Source: Bacillota bacterium
GTDB lineage: Bacteria; Bacillota_I; Bacilli_A; RFN20; CAG-826
NCBI GenBank assembly: GCA_039799785.1
Contig: JBDLRZ010000045.1
Span: 1 to 58,200 of the forward strand
Reading direction: 5' to 3'
Length of the DNA stretch: 58,200 nucleotides
A program made the position numbers and the translations under genes. This document shows, piece after piece, positions 38,232-49,352 of the stretch. The notes under the pieces were generated by a model, which was not told where the DNA came from, did no database searches, and worked only from the letters and a program-made list of their open reading frames with translations. Position 1 is the stretch's first letter; each line of letters opens with the position of its first letter.

Positions 38232-41200
38232 ATGAAAACCTTTATCAGTGATCGTTATCAAAAACAAAAACCCTTTGCAGGCTTTTTACCTGGTATTGCA
38301 GGCAAAGAAGGACTACCAATGTGGGTCTTTTATGTGAATCGTGGTCAGGCGATTAGTACCTTTGGTGTTCGAGATAAAAACGGTGCAATTTCAGAATTTT
38401 ATCCTGCTAATTTAGCGTATGCATATATCCATCAAAATGGATTTCGCACTTTTATTAAATATAAAGAAGAAGTATACGAATGCTTCCAAGAAAAAAATGA
38501 AGCGCAATCTCTAACCGTTGATGCGCATGAAATCGTCATTGAAGAAACCATTCAAAAATGGAATCTTAAAATTAAAGTCACATACGCTACGCTCCCAAAT
38601 ATGCCGCTATCCGCGTTGATGAGAAAAGTAGACATCACTTCCTTAGATGGTATTGAAAAAAAACTTATTGTGATCGATGGACTAGCACAAATCTTACCTG
38701 CTGGTATTGATTACGGTGGTTACAAAGCTGTCAGTTATTTGTTACAAAGCTGGATGGAAGTTCAAGAAAATGACAATCATGTCTTTTTAAAACTACGCGC
38801 ATCAACGGCAGATTCTAGTGAAGTAAAAGCAGTAGATGATGGAAATTTTTATACTTATGTTGGATTGAATCAAAAGCAATATATATATGATTACAAGGCA
38901 GTTTTTGCTCAAGACTCTTCCTTTTCATCCCCTTATCAATTACAAACTTTAGATTATCAAAACTTAGTGAAACAAAAACAAGCCCCTGTTAATCAAGTTC
39001 CTTCTGCTTTTGTTGCTGCAGAGCTTTCTGTAAAAACCACCACAACGTTCTACGGCGTATTTGGTTACAGTCAAAATCGGGCTCAGTTATCACCTTTAGT
39101 CCAAAAGATGAATGCTGTTTTTTTAGAAAATAAGTTTAAAGAAAATAAATCGACAGTTGATTTGCTAACTTCAGAAATTCAAACCCAAACAGCAAAACCA
39201 ATGTTTGATTCTTATTTACAGCAATGCTATCTCGACAACATTTTACGGGGTGGTTATCCAATTCAATTTGAAACACTTGATGGGCCAATTGGTTACCATA
39301 TTTATTCCCGTAAACATGGCGATTTAGAAAGAGATTATAATTTCTTTTCATTAGAACCAAGTTATTTATCCCAAGGCAATGGGGCTTTCAGAGATGTGTT
39401 ACAAAACCGTCGAAATGATTTGTATTTTCACCCAGAAGTGGGAACGACCACCATCGCTCAATTTGCGTCTTTGATCCAAGCTGATGGTTACAATCCTTTA
39501 AGTATCGAAGGGATTATGTTTACGTTTAAAGGTGATGCAAATGGATATCCATCATCCATACAAGACTTACTCAAGCAAGAATTCACCCCTGGTCAAATTG
39601 CTAACTTAGCCGGTCAGTCACAATTGCCTGTGATGGAAACGGTGACTAAAATTATTCAGCAATCTCATTATCATTTTAAAGCCACATTCGGTGAAGGATA
39701 TTGGGGCGACCATTTCACGTATTTCTTGGATTTAATTGAAACTTATTTAGATATATATCCCGACCAAGTTGAATCCTTGCTTCAACAAAAGCATCGTTAT
39801 TTCTTATCGCCTGCGCATGTTTTAAAACGAGATGAAAAATATATTTTAAAGAACGGTAAAGTTCGTCAATATCATGCGGTTCATCATGACCATGCATTAC
39901 CTCAACGAGGCTGGTTGAAACTTGCAAACGGTGACGATGCAACCACATCCTTATTTGGAAAGTTAATCACCTTAGTCACGAATAAATTTTCACAATTAGA
40001 CCCGGATGGTCTCGGCTTAATGTATGAAGCTGAAAGACCGGGTTGGAATGACGCAATGAATGGGATACCTGGTTTATTTGGATCGGGTGTATCAGAAATG
40101 CTTGAATTAAAAAGAATCGTGCATTTTTTACAAAAGCAAAAGTTGGTGAATGTTGAAGTTCTATTACCACTCAAATCCCTCATCACTGCAATCTTAGGAA
40201 TCAAAGAATCTAATTTATTTGATCAATGGACGAAACGGATGGATGCCCTCGAAACCTATAGGGATCAACTCAAAACTCCATTATCGGTCACTACGTTAAG
40301 TGCCGATGTGATTCAAACGTTATTAACGCATATGGCCACAACCTTACAAAACTCCATAGATCGATTATTAAACATTCATCCAATTCCATACACTTATTTT
40401 ATGTATGAAGTTGACCAATATGATTTATTACCAAAAACGAATCCAAACGCACTCCAGACAGTTCGTGCAAAATCTTTCAAACGCTCACCATTACCTCACT
40501 TTTTGGAAGCACCTGCAAGAATGTTATCCAACGGATTCTTAACCCCTCAACAAGCGACCAAACTTTATACTGCGATCCAACAATCTCCGTTGTATGATGC
40601 CCCATTAAAAATTTATAAGACAAGTGCGCCACTAGATCAACAATCCATGGAAATCGGACGTATTCGTGCGTTCACTCCGGGTTGGTTAGAACGAGAATCT
40701 GCATTCTTACACATGACGTATAAATATATGCTTGGCTTATTAAAAGCAGAAGCTTATCCTTCATTTTTTGAAGCGATACAATATGGTCTCACGTGCTTTA
40801 TGGATCCCAAAGTATATGGTCGATCACCACTAGAAAACTCATCGTTTATTGCAACCACTAACAATCCTGATTCATCCAAACATGGCCAAGGATTTTATGC
40901 TCGATTATCGGGTTCAACAGCAGAAGTCCTATCGATGTGGAAACGATTAATGTTAGGAACAACATTGTTTACATACACGCAAGGTAAACTTCAATTTCAA
41001 ATCCATCCAACCATCTCACTCGATTATTTTAAGGATGGGAAAATCGAAACGACTTTATTTGCCAACACAAAAATACGTTTATTGATCACTGAAACATTAA
41101 AACCAACTGACAAAACTTTAAATGTTGTCGGATATCGTTTAATTTCACCTCATCAAACCCAACCTATTGTCATCCAAGGTTCCTCCATTCAAGGGGACCA

Positions 41201-41279
41201 CGCGTTGGCAATTCGGCAAAAACGATTTAGCGAGATCGAAGTTTTATTAAAAGGAGGACAACCAGCAACGATTAATTGA
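38232..41279 (+). CDS. Large (alpha/alpha)6-barrel glycoside phosphorylase-like protein (GH94-clan; GH94/GH149/GH161-like, possibly a beta-1,3-glucan/oligosaccharide phosphorylase)
   Basis: About 1000 aa with no signal peptide. ERPGWNDAMNG (40032-40064) resembles the catalytic-Asp motif DWND of GH94 phosphorylases, and ESAFLHMTYKY resembles the phosphate-binding His region. The ATG at 38232 has an AAAGGA RBS; the ORF-track start is 38181. The family assignment is from memory only. Confidence 0.5.
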   Translation: MKTFISDRYQKQKPFAGFLPGIAGKEGLPMWVFYVNRGQAISTFGVRDKNGAISEFYPANLAYAYIHQNGFRTFIKYKEEVYECFQEKNEAQSLTVDAHEIVIEETIQKWNLKIKVTYATLPNMPLSALMRKVDITSLDGIEKKLIVIDGLAQILPAGIDYGGYKAVSYLLQSWMEVQENDNHVFLKLRASTADSSEVKAVDDGNFYTYVGLNQKQYIYDYKAVFAQDSSFSSPYQLQTLDYQNLVKQKQAPVNQVPSAFVAAELSVKTTTTFYGVFGYSQNRAQLSPLVQKMNAVFLENKFKENKSTVDLLTSEIQTQTAKPMFDSYLQQCYLDNILRGGYPIQFETLDGPIGYHIYSRKHGDLERDYNFFSLEPSYLSQGNGAFRDVLQNRRNDLYFHPEVGTTTIAQFASLIQADGYNPLSIEGIMFTFKGDANGYPSSIQDLLKQEFTPGQIANLAGQSQLPVMETVTKIIQQSHYHFKATFGEGYWGDHFTYFLDLIETYLDIYPDQVESLLQQKHRYFLSPAHVLKRDEKYILKNGKVRQYHAVHHDHALPQRGWLKLANGDDATTSLFGKLITLVTNKFSQLDPDGLGLMYEAERPGWNDAMNGIPGLFGSGVSEMLELKRIVHFLQKQKLVNVEVLLPLKSLITAILGIKESNLFDQWTKRMDALETYRDQLKTPLSVTTLSADVIQTLLTHMATTLQNSIDRLLNIHPIPYTYFMYEVDQYDLLPKTNPNALQTVRAKSFKRSPLPHFLEAPARMLSNGFLTPQQATKLYTAIQQSPLYDAPLKIYKTSAPLDQQSMEIGRIRAFTPGWLERESAFLHMTYKYMLGLLKAEAYPSFFEAIQYGLTCFMDPKVYGRSPLENSSFIATTNNPDSSKHGQGFYARLSGSTAEVLSMWKRLMLGTTLFTYTQGKLQFQIHPTISLDYFKDGKIETTLFANTKIRLLITETLKPTDKTLNVVGYRLISPHQTQPIVIQGSSIQGDHALAIRQKRFSEIEVLLKGGQPATIN

Positions 41280-41331
41280 TTCGCGTAGGGAAAAATTGTT
41301 CACTCTTAATCATCATGAAAGGAAATTATTG

Positions 41332-43911
41332 ATGAAACATTATTGGAAAGGTCTCACCATTACATTAGCAGCACTTGTGCTTGCAGCGTGTGGTACACCA
41401 AGTTCAAGTAGCCAAACGAGTTCAGCATCTACACTAACGTCGATTACCATCACGGGTGCAAATGATATCTCAATCGAATTTGACGCTGATTTTAATTTCT
41501 TAACCGGCGTTACTGCTACTGGTAATACAGGCGCAGATTATACGTCTAGTATTACGCTTTCCTCGATTTCAACCGCGGTTAATACGACCACAGGTGAATT
41601 AGACACGACTAGAACCGGTGTTCACACGGTGCAATATCGCGTTCAATCTGGAACCATTGTTGCTACAAAATTTAGAAACGTAACGGTACAACAACCAGAA
41701 TCAACTGGTGGCATGTTACTCAATCCAGATTTTGCTTTAGGCACCGCTGGATGGACTGATCCAAGTGTTGTCTATAACGAAAGTGGATCAAGTATTGAAT
41801 TTGATACTGAAGATGGCGCATTAAAAGTTGTGGTCGTCACAAGTCCTGTTGCCTATGCACCTCGATTTGGACAAATGAATGTCCCATTTGAAATCGATAC
41901 AACTTATGAAGTTAGCTTTAGAGCGAAATCAAGTGCTGCTAAACCTATTAATTTAAACGCTGGTGAATTGTTAACCTCCGCTCCTTGGTTCACGGATTTC
42001 AAACCTGGTCAACCAGAAGTAAGAACCATCGGAACTGAATGGGCAACGTATTCGTTTATCTTCACCCATCGTTTAGACAATCAACGTGGTGGTATTTTAT
42101 TTGAATTAGGTACGGTCAGTGGTCAAAGTGTCAATGCAACGATGTATTTTGATGACATCACGATTGAAGAAGCGACCGCCGGTCCAGATGTGACTGCTCC
42201 AAACTTCTCTGGTGTTACTAGTACAATCAGTGTCTTAGTTGGATCAACGTATGATCCATTAAATGGTGTCACCGCATTAGACATTGTTGATGGTGATTTA
42301 ACGGATTCAATTTTAGTAGAAATCCTTGATAGCAATAACGCGACTGTTAATACCGTGGACACGAGCGCTCCTGGTGTTTACACGGTCAATTATTCTGTTG
42401 AAGACGCAGCTGGAAATGAAGCGACTGCTCAAACCACCGTCAACGTGGTCAGTTTAGCTTTCAGAAATGAAAACTTATTAGCGAATGGTTCGTTCGCTGA
42501 TGCTTTAGGCGCTGAATGGGGTTATTGGCAACAAGATTGGGGCACTGCTCCAGTTGTAAATCGTACCCAAGATACCGCTGCTGGAACCTATAGTTTAGAT
42601 ATTACAGGTGGCGGCGATGCTGTCTGGGCAATTCAATTCTTCCAAGATGGGGTTGAACTCGTCGAAGGAACAACGTATCGTTTATCCGTTACTGCCGCTG
42701 CTTCCGTTGCACGTAAAATAAGCGTTGGCATTGGAAATGGCAATCCATGGAATGAATATGCCCGTAAGAACGGTCTTGAAATTGGAACCACATCATCAAC
42801 ACAAGACTTTGTCTTTACTGTTACCAAAGCAACTGCAGATGTAAAGGTTGTTTTAGAATTAGGCAGTCAAGATGGTTTTGCTAATGGTGCGTTAACACTT
42901 TCAGAAGTTCGTTTACAACGTCTTGATGCTGCACCTTTACTCAGTGATTCAAAATTCGCCATGACTGGTTGGAGACATTTCGTTAACGATTGGGATGGCA
43001 CAGTTGCCACTTCCGGTATTGTTGCGGGTGAATATAAAATGTCAATTACGAAAACCGTTGGTTTAAATCCAACTGCAGATAATTGGAAATTACAAATTAT
43101 CCAAGATAACGTTGCATTTGGTGAAACGGTTGATAATGGCCGCATGAATTTAACGGTTGGAAAATCCTATACGTTAAGTTTTGATATGTATGCTTCCCAA
43201 GCCATCAGTGTCACGACCTTTATTGGTGCTCCTGGTGTCTGGGTCAACTATGTTCCAGAAGTGAATCGTACCAATTCAGTTACCACAAGTAAGCAAACCA
43301 TTACGATTCCAGTGAGTACGGTTGGTGCAACCTTAAATGGTAATGAAAAATTATCGTTTGAATTTGGATCTTCCTTTACAAACTTTGAATCTGGTAATGA
43401 ATTTGTGGCGATTGACAATGTTGTTTTAAAAGAAGGTAATACCGTTTTACCTAATGTCATCAACGGTGATATGAATGCAATTTTAGGTGGTCATACATTC
43501 TTCACAGAAAATGGTGGAGCGATGACACGTGGTACCAATGGCGGAGCTTCCATCGAGGTTCCTGCATTAGGTGGTGCTGCTTATCAACCTCACTATTACT
43601 ATGTGTTCCCAACGCTTGCCAAAGGAAACTATGAAGTGAAGATTGCGTTAACAAGTTCAGTTACCCGTGATTTACGCTTCAATATTATTCTCCCAGATGC
43701 AGGTTATGCTTCGATCTTACCTGACAACTTTGTTGATTTTAGAGTAACTGCAGATTCACCTTATGTCTTTACCGTTTCCTTTGAAGTGGTCAATCCATTA
43801 ACCAATGTGAAGCTTGAATTAGACTTAGGTAACCTCGGTGGTGATAAAATCTCTTTACCAGGTACATTCTTAATCTCAGAAGTACTCGTCTACGCCAACT
43901 ACAATAGCTAA
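41332..43911 (+). CDS. Surface lipoprotein with two Ig-like (DUF5011-type) and four CBM4/9-like carbohydrate-binding modules
   Basis: Lipobox LVLAAC-G after MKHYWKGLTITLAA. A DUF5011-like segment is VGSTYDPLNGVTALDIVDGDLTD...GVYTVNYSVEDAAGNEA. There are four repeats of the pattern N[GP]xF...W...(beta-sandwich)...DD/DN[IV]x[IL]. No catalytic motif was seen. Confidence 0.6.
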   Translation: MKHYWKGLTITLAALVLAACGTPSSSSQTSSASTLTSITITGANDISIEFDADFNFLTGVTATGNTGADYTSSITLSSISTAVNTTTGELDTTRTGVHTVQYRVQSGTIVATKFRNVTVQQPESTGGMLLNPDFALGTAGWTDPSVVYNESGSSIEFDTEDGALKVVVVTSPVAYAPRFGQMNVPFEIDTTYEVSFRAKSSAAKPINLNAGELLTSAPWFTDFKPGQPEVRTIGTEWATYSFIFTHRLDNQRGGILFELGTVSGQSVNATMYFDDITIEEATAGPDVTAPNFSGVTSTISVLVGSTYDPLNGVTALDIVDGDLTDSILVEILDSNNATVNTVDTSAPGVYTVNYSVEDAAGNEATAQTTVNVVSLAFRNENLLANGSFADALGAEWGYWQQDWGTAPVVNRTQDTAAGTYSLDITGGGDAVWAIQFFQDGVELVEGTTYRLSVTAAASVARKISVGIGNGNPWNEYARKNGLEIGTTSSTQDFVFTVTKATADVKVVLELGSQDGFANGALTLSEVRLQRLDAAPLLSDSKFAMTGWRHFVNDWDGTVATSGIVAGEYKMSITKTVGLNPTADNWKLQIIQDNVAFGETVDNGRMNLTVGKSYTLSFDMYASQAISVTTFIGAPGVWVNYVPEVNRTNSVTTSKQTITIPVSTVGATLNGNEKLSFEFGSSFTNFESGNEFVAIDNVVLKEGNTVLPNVINGDMNAILGGHTFFTENGGAMTRGTNGGASIEVPALGGAAYQPHYYYVFPTLAKGNYEVKIALTSSVTRDLRFNIILPDAGYASILPDNFVDFRVTADSPYVFTVSFEVVNPLTNVKLELDLGNLGGDKISLPGTFLISEVLVYANYNS

Positions 43912-43926
43912 AGGAGGCCATGGATA

Positions 43927-45384
43927 GTGAAACATAAAGCCAAACTATCCGTTGTAGCCTTGTTTGTCCTTGCTGGATGTGGGGGAACCCCATCCAGTAG
44001 CGGCAACACTACAACGAGTGAAACATTACAACCCGTGACGCTCTCTTATGCGGATTGGGGAAATCAAGAACTCAATCAACGCATGATTGATTTATTTCAA
44101 GCTCGATATCCACATATTACCGTTGAATTACGACAAGATATTGTCGGTGCAGGTTCACAATTTACTGGCAATCTCGTCACAGCAGCTCAAGCTGGATTAC
44201 TACCAGACGTCTTTGCTACGGATAACGTCCCTACCGTTATCAATGCTGGTTTGACGTTGGATGTTGCCCAATATTGGGATGCCGATGAAGATGCAGCACT
44301 AGTCTATGACAATATCGCCCTTGCAGGTGTTTATAACGGTAAGCGATACGCCGTTCCTTCTTTCCAATTCTTAAAAGGTATTTTGATGAATTTAAATATC
44401 TTTGAACGGGCCAATTTACAAACCGTTCCTGGAAGATATCGTATTGATAATGATGGTTATCCAGTTAAAGATTGGACCTTTGAAGAATTCGTGAATATTG
44501 CTACCGACATTAAAAATTTCGATTTAGTGAATACCGAAAATTTAGTGGTTGGGATGGACACATGGTATGGATCTCCGGATTTCCAACAAGTGTGGCCGAT
44601 GATGCAAAATGCTGAAACCCAATACGATACGTGGGATGGTGAACAATTCAATTACACCTCGGCGGATTGGATTAGTGCGATGCAAGCTAAAGTTGCACTC
44701 CATCAATTAACCGATGGAACCACCACGCGCTTTACACCAGAAGATTATGATGCAGAAGATAATGACGAATTAAGAACGTATATGATTCAAACCGGTTATG
44801 CCGCAATGGACATCGAAGGGTCGTGGCAATTCTGGGTGATTAAAGATGCATTAGATAATCGTGATTTTGAACTCGGATTCTGGCCATATCCACAAGGTGA
44901 TGCTGGATTATTCCCACCCACTATTCTAGACTTCCAAGCAGTGTCGTCACAAACCGAACATCCAGAAGAAGCTTATTTATTAGCCAAATGGATGACGTTT
45001 GGACGCGATGGTTGGGATGCTAGACTTTCCTTACTTGAAGAAGATCGAGAAGATGCAATTGCTGAAGGTTTGACACCTGAATTCTTGGATCGATTCCCAA
45101 TTGCCGACTATCCAGAAATTTGGACAAGAGTTGAAGGCTTAGTTGAAGGGATTGAAGGGATTGATGCCATTTTTGATCGCATTGAATATTCAAAACCGGA
45201 CTTAGACAAATGGTTACCAGGATATAAAGATTTCTGGGCTTGGGCATATACGCCTGAGAATCCATTTAACTTCGATAACTTAGTTGCCGAAGGACCGAAT
45301 GCAGTGCCAACCTATGCTGCAGCCTGGGAAGCACAAATCAATACGTTAGTTGCAGAACAACTTGCCGCGTTAGGTGCAGGTTAG
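43927..45384 (+). CDS. ABC transporter solute-binding lipoprotein (carbohydrate, family 1)
   Basis: GTG start after AAAGGAGG, lipobox FVLAGC-G, a typical SBP_bac_1-like sequence and the operon context. Confidence 0.85.
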   Translation: MKHKAKLSVVALFVLAGCGGTPSSSGNTTTSETLQPVTLSYADWGNQELNQRMIDLFQARYPHITVELRQDIVGAGSQFTGNLVTAAQAGLLPDVFATDNVPTVINAGLTLDVAQYWDADEDAALVYDNIALAGVYNGKRYAVPSFQFLKGILMNLNIFERANLQTVPGRYRIDNDGYPVKDWTFEEFVNIATDIKNFDLVNTENLVVGMDTWYGSPDFQQVWPMMQNAETQYDTWDGEQFNYTSADWISAMQAKVALHQLTDGTTTRFTPEDYDAEDNDELRTYMIQTGYAAMDIEGSWQFWVIKDALDNRDFELGFWPYPQGDAGLFPPTILDFQAVSSQTEHPEEAYLLAKWMTFGRDGWDARLSLLEEDREDAIAEGLTPEFLDRFPIADYPEIWTRVEGLVEGIEGIDAIFDRIEYSKPDLDKWLPGYKDFWAWAYTPENPFNFDNLVAEGPNAVPTYAAAWEAQINTLVAEQLAALGAG

Positions 45385-45397
45385 TATCAACATCCTC

Positions 45398-45423
45398 GGG
45401 AGGTTTCTAAAACGAAACCTCCC
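45398..45423 (+). promoter_or_regulatory. Intra-operon GC-rich stem-loop after the SBP gene
   Basis: GGGAGGTTTC, loop taaaac, GAAACCTCCC (10-bp perfect stem) with no following U-tract. Confidence 0.5.
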
Positions 45424-45436
45424 TCAAACTTGATCG

Positions 45437-48400
45437 ATGAAAAAAATAAAATTGAATCTACCCAACTTTAATACAAAACAAACTGGCATTTGGCTAGTTG
45501 TTTTGTTTATGGGCATCACTGGTTTTGTTTTTTTGATTGATCAAACACCCGCTCCATTGAACCAAAGTTTTAACACCTATGATTTTATTCAACCTGATTT
45601 TGATTATGCCTATCAAAATCAAGTGTATGGCATCCCAACTTATACTGCGAAGCAAGATTTTTACCAAGAAGCTGGAGTAGCTAAGACGGGTTATGAGGCT
45701 GTTTATGACGCTACCGATATGGATGGACTTGCCGTTGGTGTTAATGATGAAGACTATGGTGAAATTGTTGAAAATTATGATCTACCCAACGACGTCTTCT
45801 TAATGAATGAATTATCTTCTGTATCGTTTATGTATGATGGCCAGGATAGCGGCATTATTTCACTTGCGCTTGATTATTACTTACTTGATCAAGGAACAGA
45901 AGATACCAAAATTGCTTTAACGATTAATAACGAATATCAATTCTATGAATCCCAAACCTTAGTGCTTCCTGCTTCTTGGATGTTTGCCGAAGAAAATTTC
46001 CCTCTTGATCGATACGAAAACGAATTACAACCACAATCGATGAAAGTGAATCAATGGTCCAATCATGTCTTACGCGATATGAAAGCGATGCATGCTTATC
46101 CATATTCTTTTTATGTTGAATACGGTGATGAAATTACGTTAAGTTTTGTGAATGCAAAAGTTCTGATTGGTTTAATTCAAGTTGTTGCCACAGAACCCTT
46201 GATGGATTATGAATCGTATCGTGAGATGAGTCCCGTTGCGCCGATTGTCGATACGTTATCGATGATATCGAGTCGATCGATGATTTCGAGATCCGATGCA
46301 TCAATTCGTTTAAGAACAGAACAAGATGCCAGTAGCATGTATTACGACACGCAATTTTTAAAATTAAACACCATCTTTGGCGATAGTTGGGAACGCGGTG
46401 GTCAAACCATTAACTATGAAATTGATGTTGAAACCAGCGGATACTATGCGCTGTCTTTCCGATATCGCCAATATTTACAAAACGATATGATCAGTATGCG
46501 GAGTGTCTACATTAACGGTGCCATTCCTTTTCAAGAATTTTTAGCAATGGCGTTTCCTTACACGATGCAATTTAGAAACCGTACATTATCGCAAGAAAAT
46601 GGTGAACCTTATTATGTTTATCTAGAAGAAGGTATCAACACGATTAGTTTAGAAGCGGTCAATTATGCGTATCGATTTGCCTTGGAAACGTTGCAAACCA
46701 TCATGTCGCAAATTCAAGGATTAGCCCTTTCGATTAAGCGTTATACAGCCGGAAGTAATGATCTCTATCGCGACTGGGAAATTGAAACGTATTTCCCTCA
46801 AGCTAAAACTCAATTGATTGGGTGGGCCGATCAACTTGATGTCATGTACGAAAAACTCTTAAACCTATCGACCAATCGAACGCCTTCTCAACTTGCCAAC
46901 GTCAAAGTGAGTAGCGGAAGATTAAGAACGTTAGCAAATCAAATTAATCGCTTACCTGGATTAATGGTGCAGTTCGCCGATGGTGATTCAAGTGTGAATC
47001 AAATGCTTGGTGCGTTGCTACAAGAAATGATGCGAGCCAATCTAGAAATAGAACGAATCATGGTCCATGGTGATGTGGCATTACCTAGATCGACTGCAAC
47101 CTTCTTCCGTAGCGCTTATGAAGGTAGTGCAAGATTAGTACTGTCGTTTATCAACAATCCATATTCGGCAACGCAAATGAATGAAGAACAAATTAACGTT
47201 TGGGTTAACTTTCCAAGACCGTATATTGAAATTATGCAAGCGATGATTGATCAATTTTATCCTGGTGATCGAGAAGTGAAATTGTCACAAATGCCAGATG
47301 AAAATAAATTAATCCTTTCAAATATATCTGGTCAATCTCCTGATGTGGCTGTGGGTGTTAATCACTGGATTCCTTATGATTTTGCAGCTCGTGATGCGGC
47401 GTTAGATTTAAGACAATTCAACGGTTACACTGAAACCGTTTCTCATTTTTCTCGTGGAGCGATGATTCCTTATGTATTCGAAGAAGGTGTGTATGGGTTA
47501 CCCCTAACTCAAAATTTCTGGGTTACGTTTTATCGCCGGGATATCATGGAATCGATTGGTGTGAATAGTATTCCCCAAACGTGGGATGATGTGATTGGTA
47601 TTCTCCCGTTATTACAAAGTTACGGACTTAATTATTTCTTACCGCTATCTCAATTTTCTGGACTCAAACCATTTGTAGCGACCTTACCTTTCATTCATCA
47701 ATTTGGTGGTCAACTTTATGCAGAAGATGGCATGAGCACCACGATCAATGCAGAAGATACTTTAAAAGGTATCACCTTGATGGCAGAACTATTTACCCTT
47801 TATAACATTCCAAAATTTGTTGCTAGTTTTTATAATCAATTCCGTTATGGAACCTTGCCAATTGGTATTGGAGATTTAGGAACTTATTTATTATTGTCCA
47901 GTGCGGCAAGCGAGTTGGATGGTTTATGGGCGATGGATTTACACCCCGGTTATCGCGATCCAGAAACCCAAGAGATTAATCGTTCAAGTGCAACCGGTGC
48001 ACAAGGCTCGATGATTTTAGCAAATACCAATTTACCTGATGACAGCTGGGATTTCTTATCATGGTGGATGTCAACACCGATTCAAACGCTCTTTGGTTCA
48101 ACCTTACAAAGCACGTATGGAAAAACGTACTTCTGGAATTCTGCAAACCTAGAGGCGTTTGCACAATCCAGTATGCCTCAAGAGTACAAATCAGTTGTGT
48201 TAGAACAATGGGAATATGCTTTAGAAGCAAGTCGCATTCCTGGCACGTACATGGTTGAACGTGAATTATCCAATGCGTGGACAAACATCGTTTTCCAAGG
48301 TATCAATCCGCGTCAAGCGATTGATGAAGCGGTAAGAATTTCAAATCGTGAAATTATTTATAAGATGGCAGAATTTGGTTATACATTCCAAGGTGAAATT

Positions 48401-48463
48401 TTAAAACCATATCCGGTTCCCACGATTGACAATATTGATTGGTGGTTAACCCAACATGCTTAA
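45437..48463 (+). CDS. Giant (1008 aa) membrane-anchored solute-binding protein: N-terminal TM anchor, CBM-like beta-sandwich modules and a C-terminal SBP domain
   Basis: TM helix [18 protein letters not shown]. The N-terminal half carries galactose-binding-like signatures ([12 protein letters not shown]...[10 protein letters not shown]). The C-terminal half is SBP-like ([11 protein letters not shown]...[11 protein letters not shown]...[16 protein letters not shown]...TWDDV). Confidence 0.6.
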   Translation: MKKIKLNLPNFNTKQTGIWLVVLFMGITGFVFLIDQTPAPLNQSFNTYDFIQPDFDYAYQNQVYGIPTYTAKQDFYQEAGVAKTGYEAVYDATDMDGLAVGVNDEDYGEIVENYDLPNDVFLMNELSSVSFMYDGQDSGIISLALDYYLLDQGTEDTKIALTINNEYQFYESQTLVLPASWMFAEENFPLDRYENELQPQSMKVNQWSNHVLRDMKAMHAYPYSFYVEYGDEITLSFVNAKVLIGLIQVVATEPLMDYESYREMSPVAPIVDTLSMISSRSMISRSDASIRLRTEQDASSMYYDTQFLKLNTIFGDSWERGGQTINYEIDVETSGYYALSFRYRQYLQNDMISMRSVYINGAIPFQEFLAMAFPYTMQFRNRTLSQENGEPYYVYLEEGINTISLEAVNYAYRFALETLQTIMSQIQGLALSIKRYTAGSNDLYRDWEIETYFPQAKTQLIGWADQLDVMYEKLLNLSTNRTPSQLANVKVSSGRLRTLANQINRLPGLMVQFADGDSSVNQMLGALLQEMMRANLEIERIMVHGDVALPRSTATFFRSAYEGSARLVLSFINNPYSATQMNEEQINVWVNFPRPYIEIMQAMIDQFYPGDREVKLSQMPDENKLILSNISGQSPDVAVGVNHWIPYDFAARDAALDLRQFNGYTETVSHFSRGAMIPYVFEEGVYGLPLTQNFWVTFYRRDIMESIGVNSIPQTWDDVIGILPLLQSYGLNYFLPLSQFSGLKPFVATLPFIHQFGGQLYAEDGMSTTINAEDTLKGITLMAELFTLYNIPKFVASFYNQFRYGTLPIGIGDLGTYLLLSSAASELDGLWAMDLHPGYRDPETQEINRSSATGAQGSMILANTNLPDDSWDFLSWWMSTPIQTLFGSTLQSTYGKTYFWNSANLEAFAQSSMPQEYKSVVLEQWEYALEASRIPGTYMVERELSNAWTNIVFQGINPRQAIDEAVRISNREIIYKMAEFGYTFQGEILKPYPVPTIDNIDWWLTQHA

Positions 48464-49352
48464 TCGATTATTGGACAGAATGAATCGTCCGGCATGGTTT
48501 GTATTTCCATATTGGTTTTTATTTGCAGTGTTTATCGTTGTCCCAGTGGTCGCTGCCATTGGTTTATCTTTTACGTTCTTTAATTCCATTCAAGCTCCAA
48601 CCTTCGTTGGCATCAACAACTATATTGAATTGATCACCTTAGATACGGTGTTTATGCGTTATGTATTACCGAATACCTTACGATTTGCCTTTATCGTGGG
48701 GCCAGTCGGTTATGCCTTATCATTTATGGTGGCTTGGATGCTTTCACACTTACCTAAAAGACCTCGTACCATCCTTGCAATTATTTTTTATTCACCATCT
48801 TTAACGGCAGGTGTCGCCATGGCAGCCATGTGGCGTATTATTTTCTCTGGTGACGCCCAAGGTTATTTAAATGCCATCATGTTAGATTTAGGTTTAATCG
48901 TTGAACCTATTCAATTTTTACAAAATCCAGACATGCTGATGACCATTATGATTGTAGTGTCACTTTGGAGTTCGATTGGTGTTGGTTTCTTAGCGATGCT
49001 TGCAGGTATTCTGAATGTAGATCGAACCCTGTATGAAGCTGCCTACATCGATGGCATTAAAAATTGGTTTCAAGAAATTATTTATGTCACGATACCTGCG
49101 ATGAAGCCGCAAATGATTTTTGGTGCGGTTATGGCGGTTGTTGGAACGTTCCAAGCTGGAGCGATTGGTGTGGCATTATCCGGTACCAATCCTACGCCTA
49201 ATTATGCCGGTCAATTGATTGTGAATCACATTGAAGACTTTGGGTTCATTCGTTACATGATGGGTTATGCGGCAAGTATTTCAGTCATTTTATTATTAAT
49301 GGTGTATGCCATTTCTAAAGTGACCTGGAAGTTTTTAGGAGAAAAAGACTAA
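48456..49352 (+). CDS. Carbohydrate ABC transporter permease (MalF/CUT1 type)
   Basis: 6 TM helices, EAA loop [26 protein letters not shown]. Confidence 0.9.
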   Translation: MLNRLLDRMNRPAWFVFPYWFLFAVFIVVPVVAAIGLSFTFFNSIQAPTFVGINNYIELITLDTVFMRYVLPNTLRFAFIVGPVGYALSFMVAWMLSHLPKRPRTILAIIFYSPSLTAGVAMAAMWRIIFSGDAQGYLNAIMLDLGLIVEPIQFLQNPDMLMTIMIVVSLWSSIGVGFLAMLAGILNVDRTLYEAAYIDGIKNWFQEIIYVTIPAMKPQMIFGAVMAVVGTFQAGAIGVALSGTNPTPNYAGQLIVNHIEDFGFIRYMMGYAASISVILLLMVYAISKVTWKFLGEKD

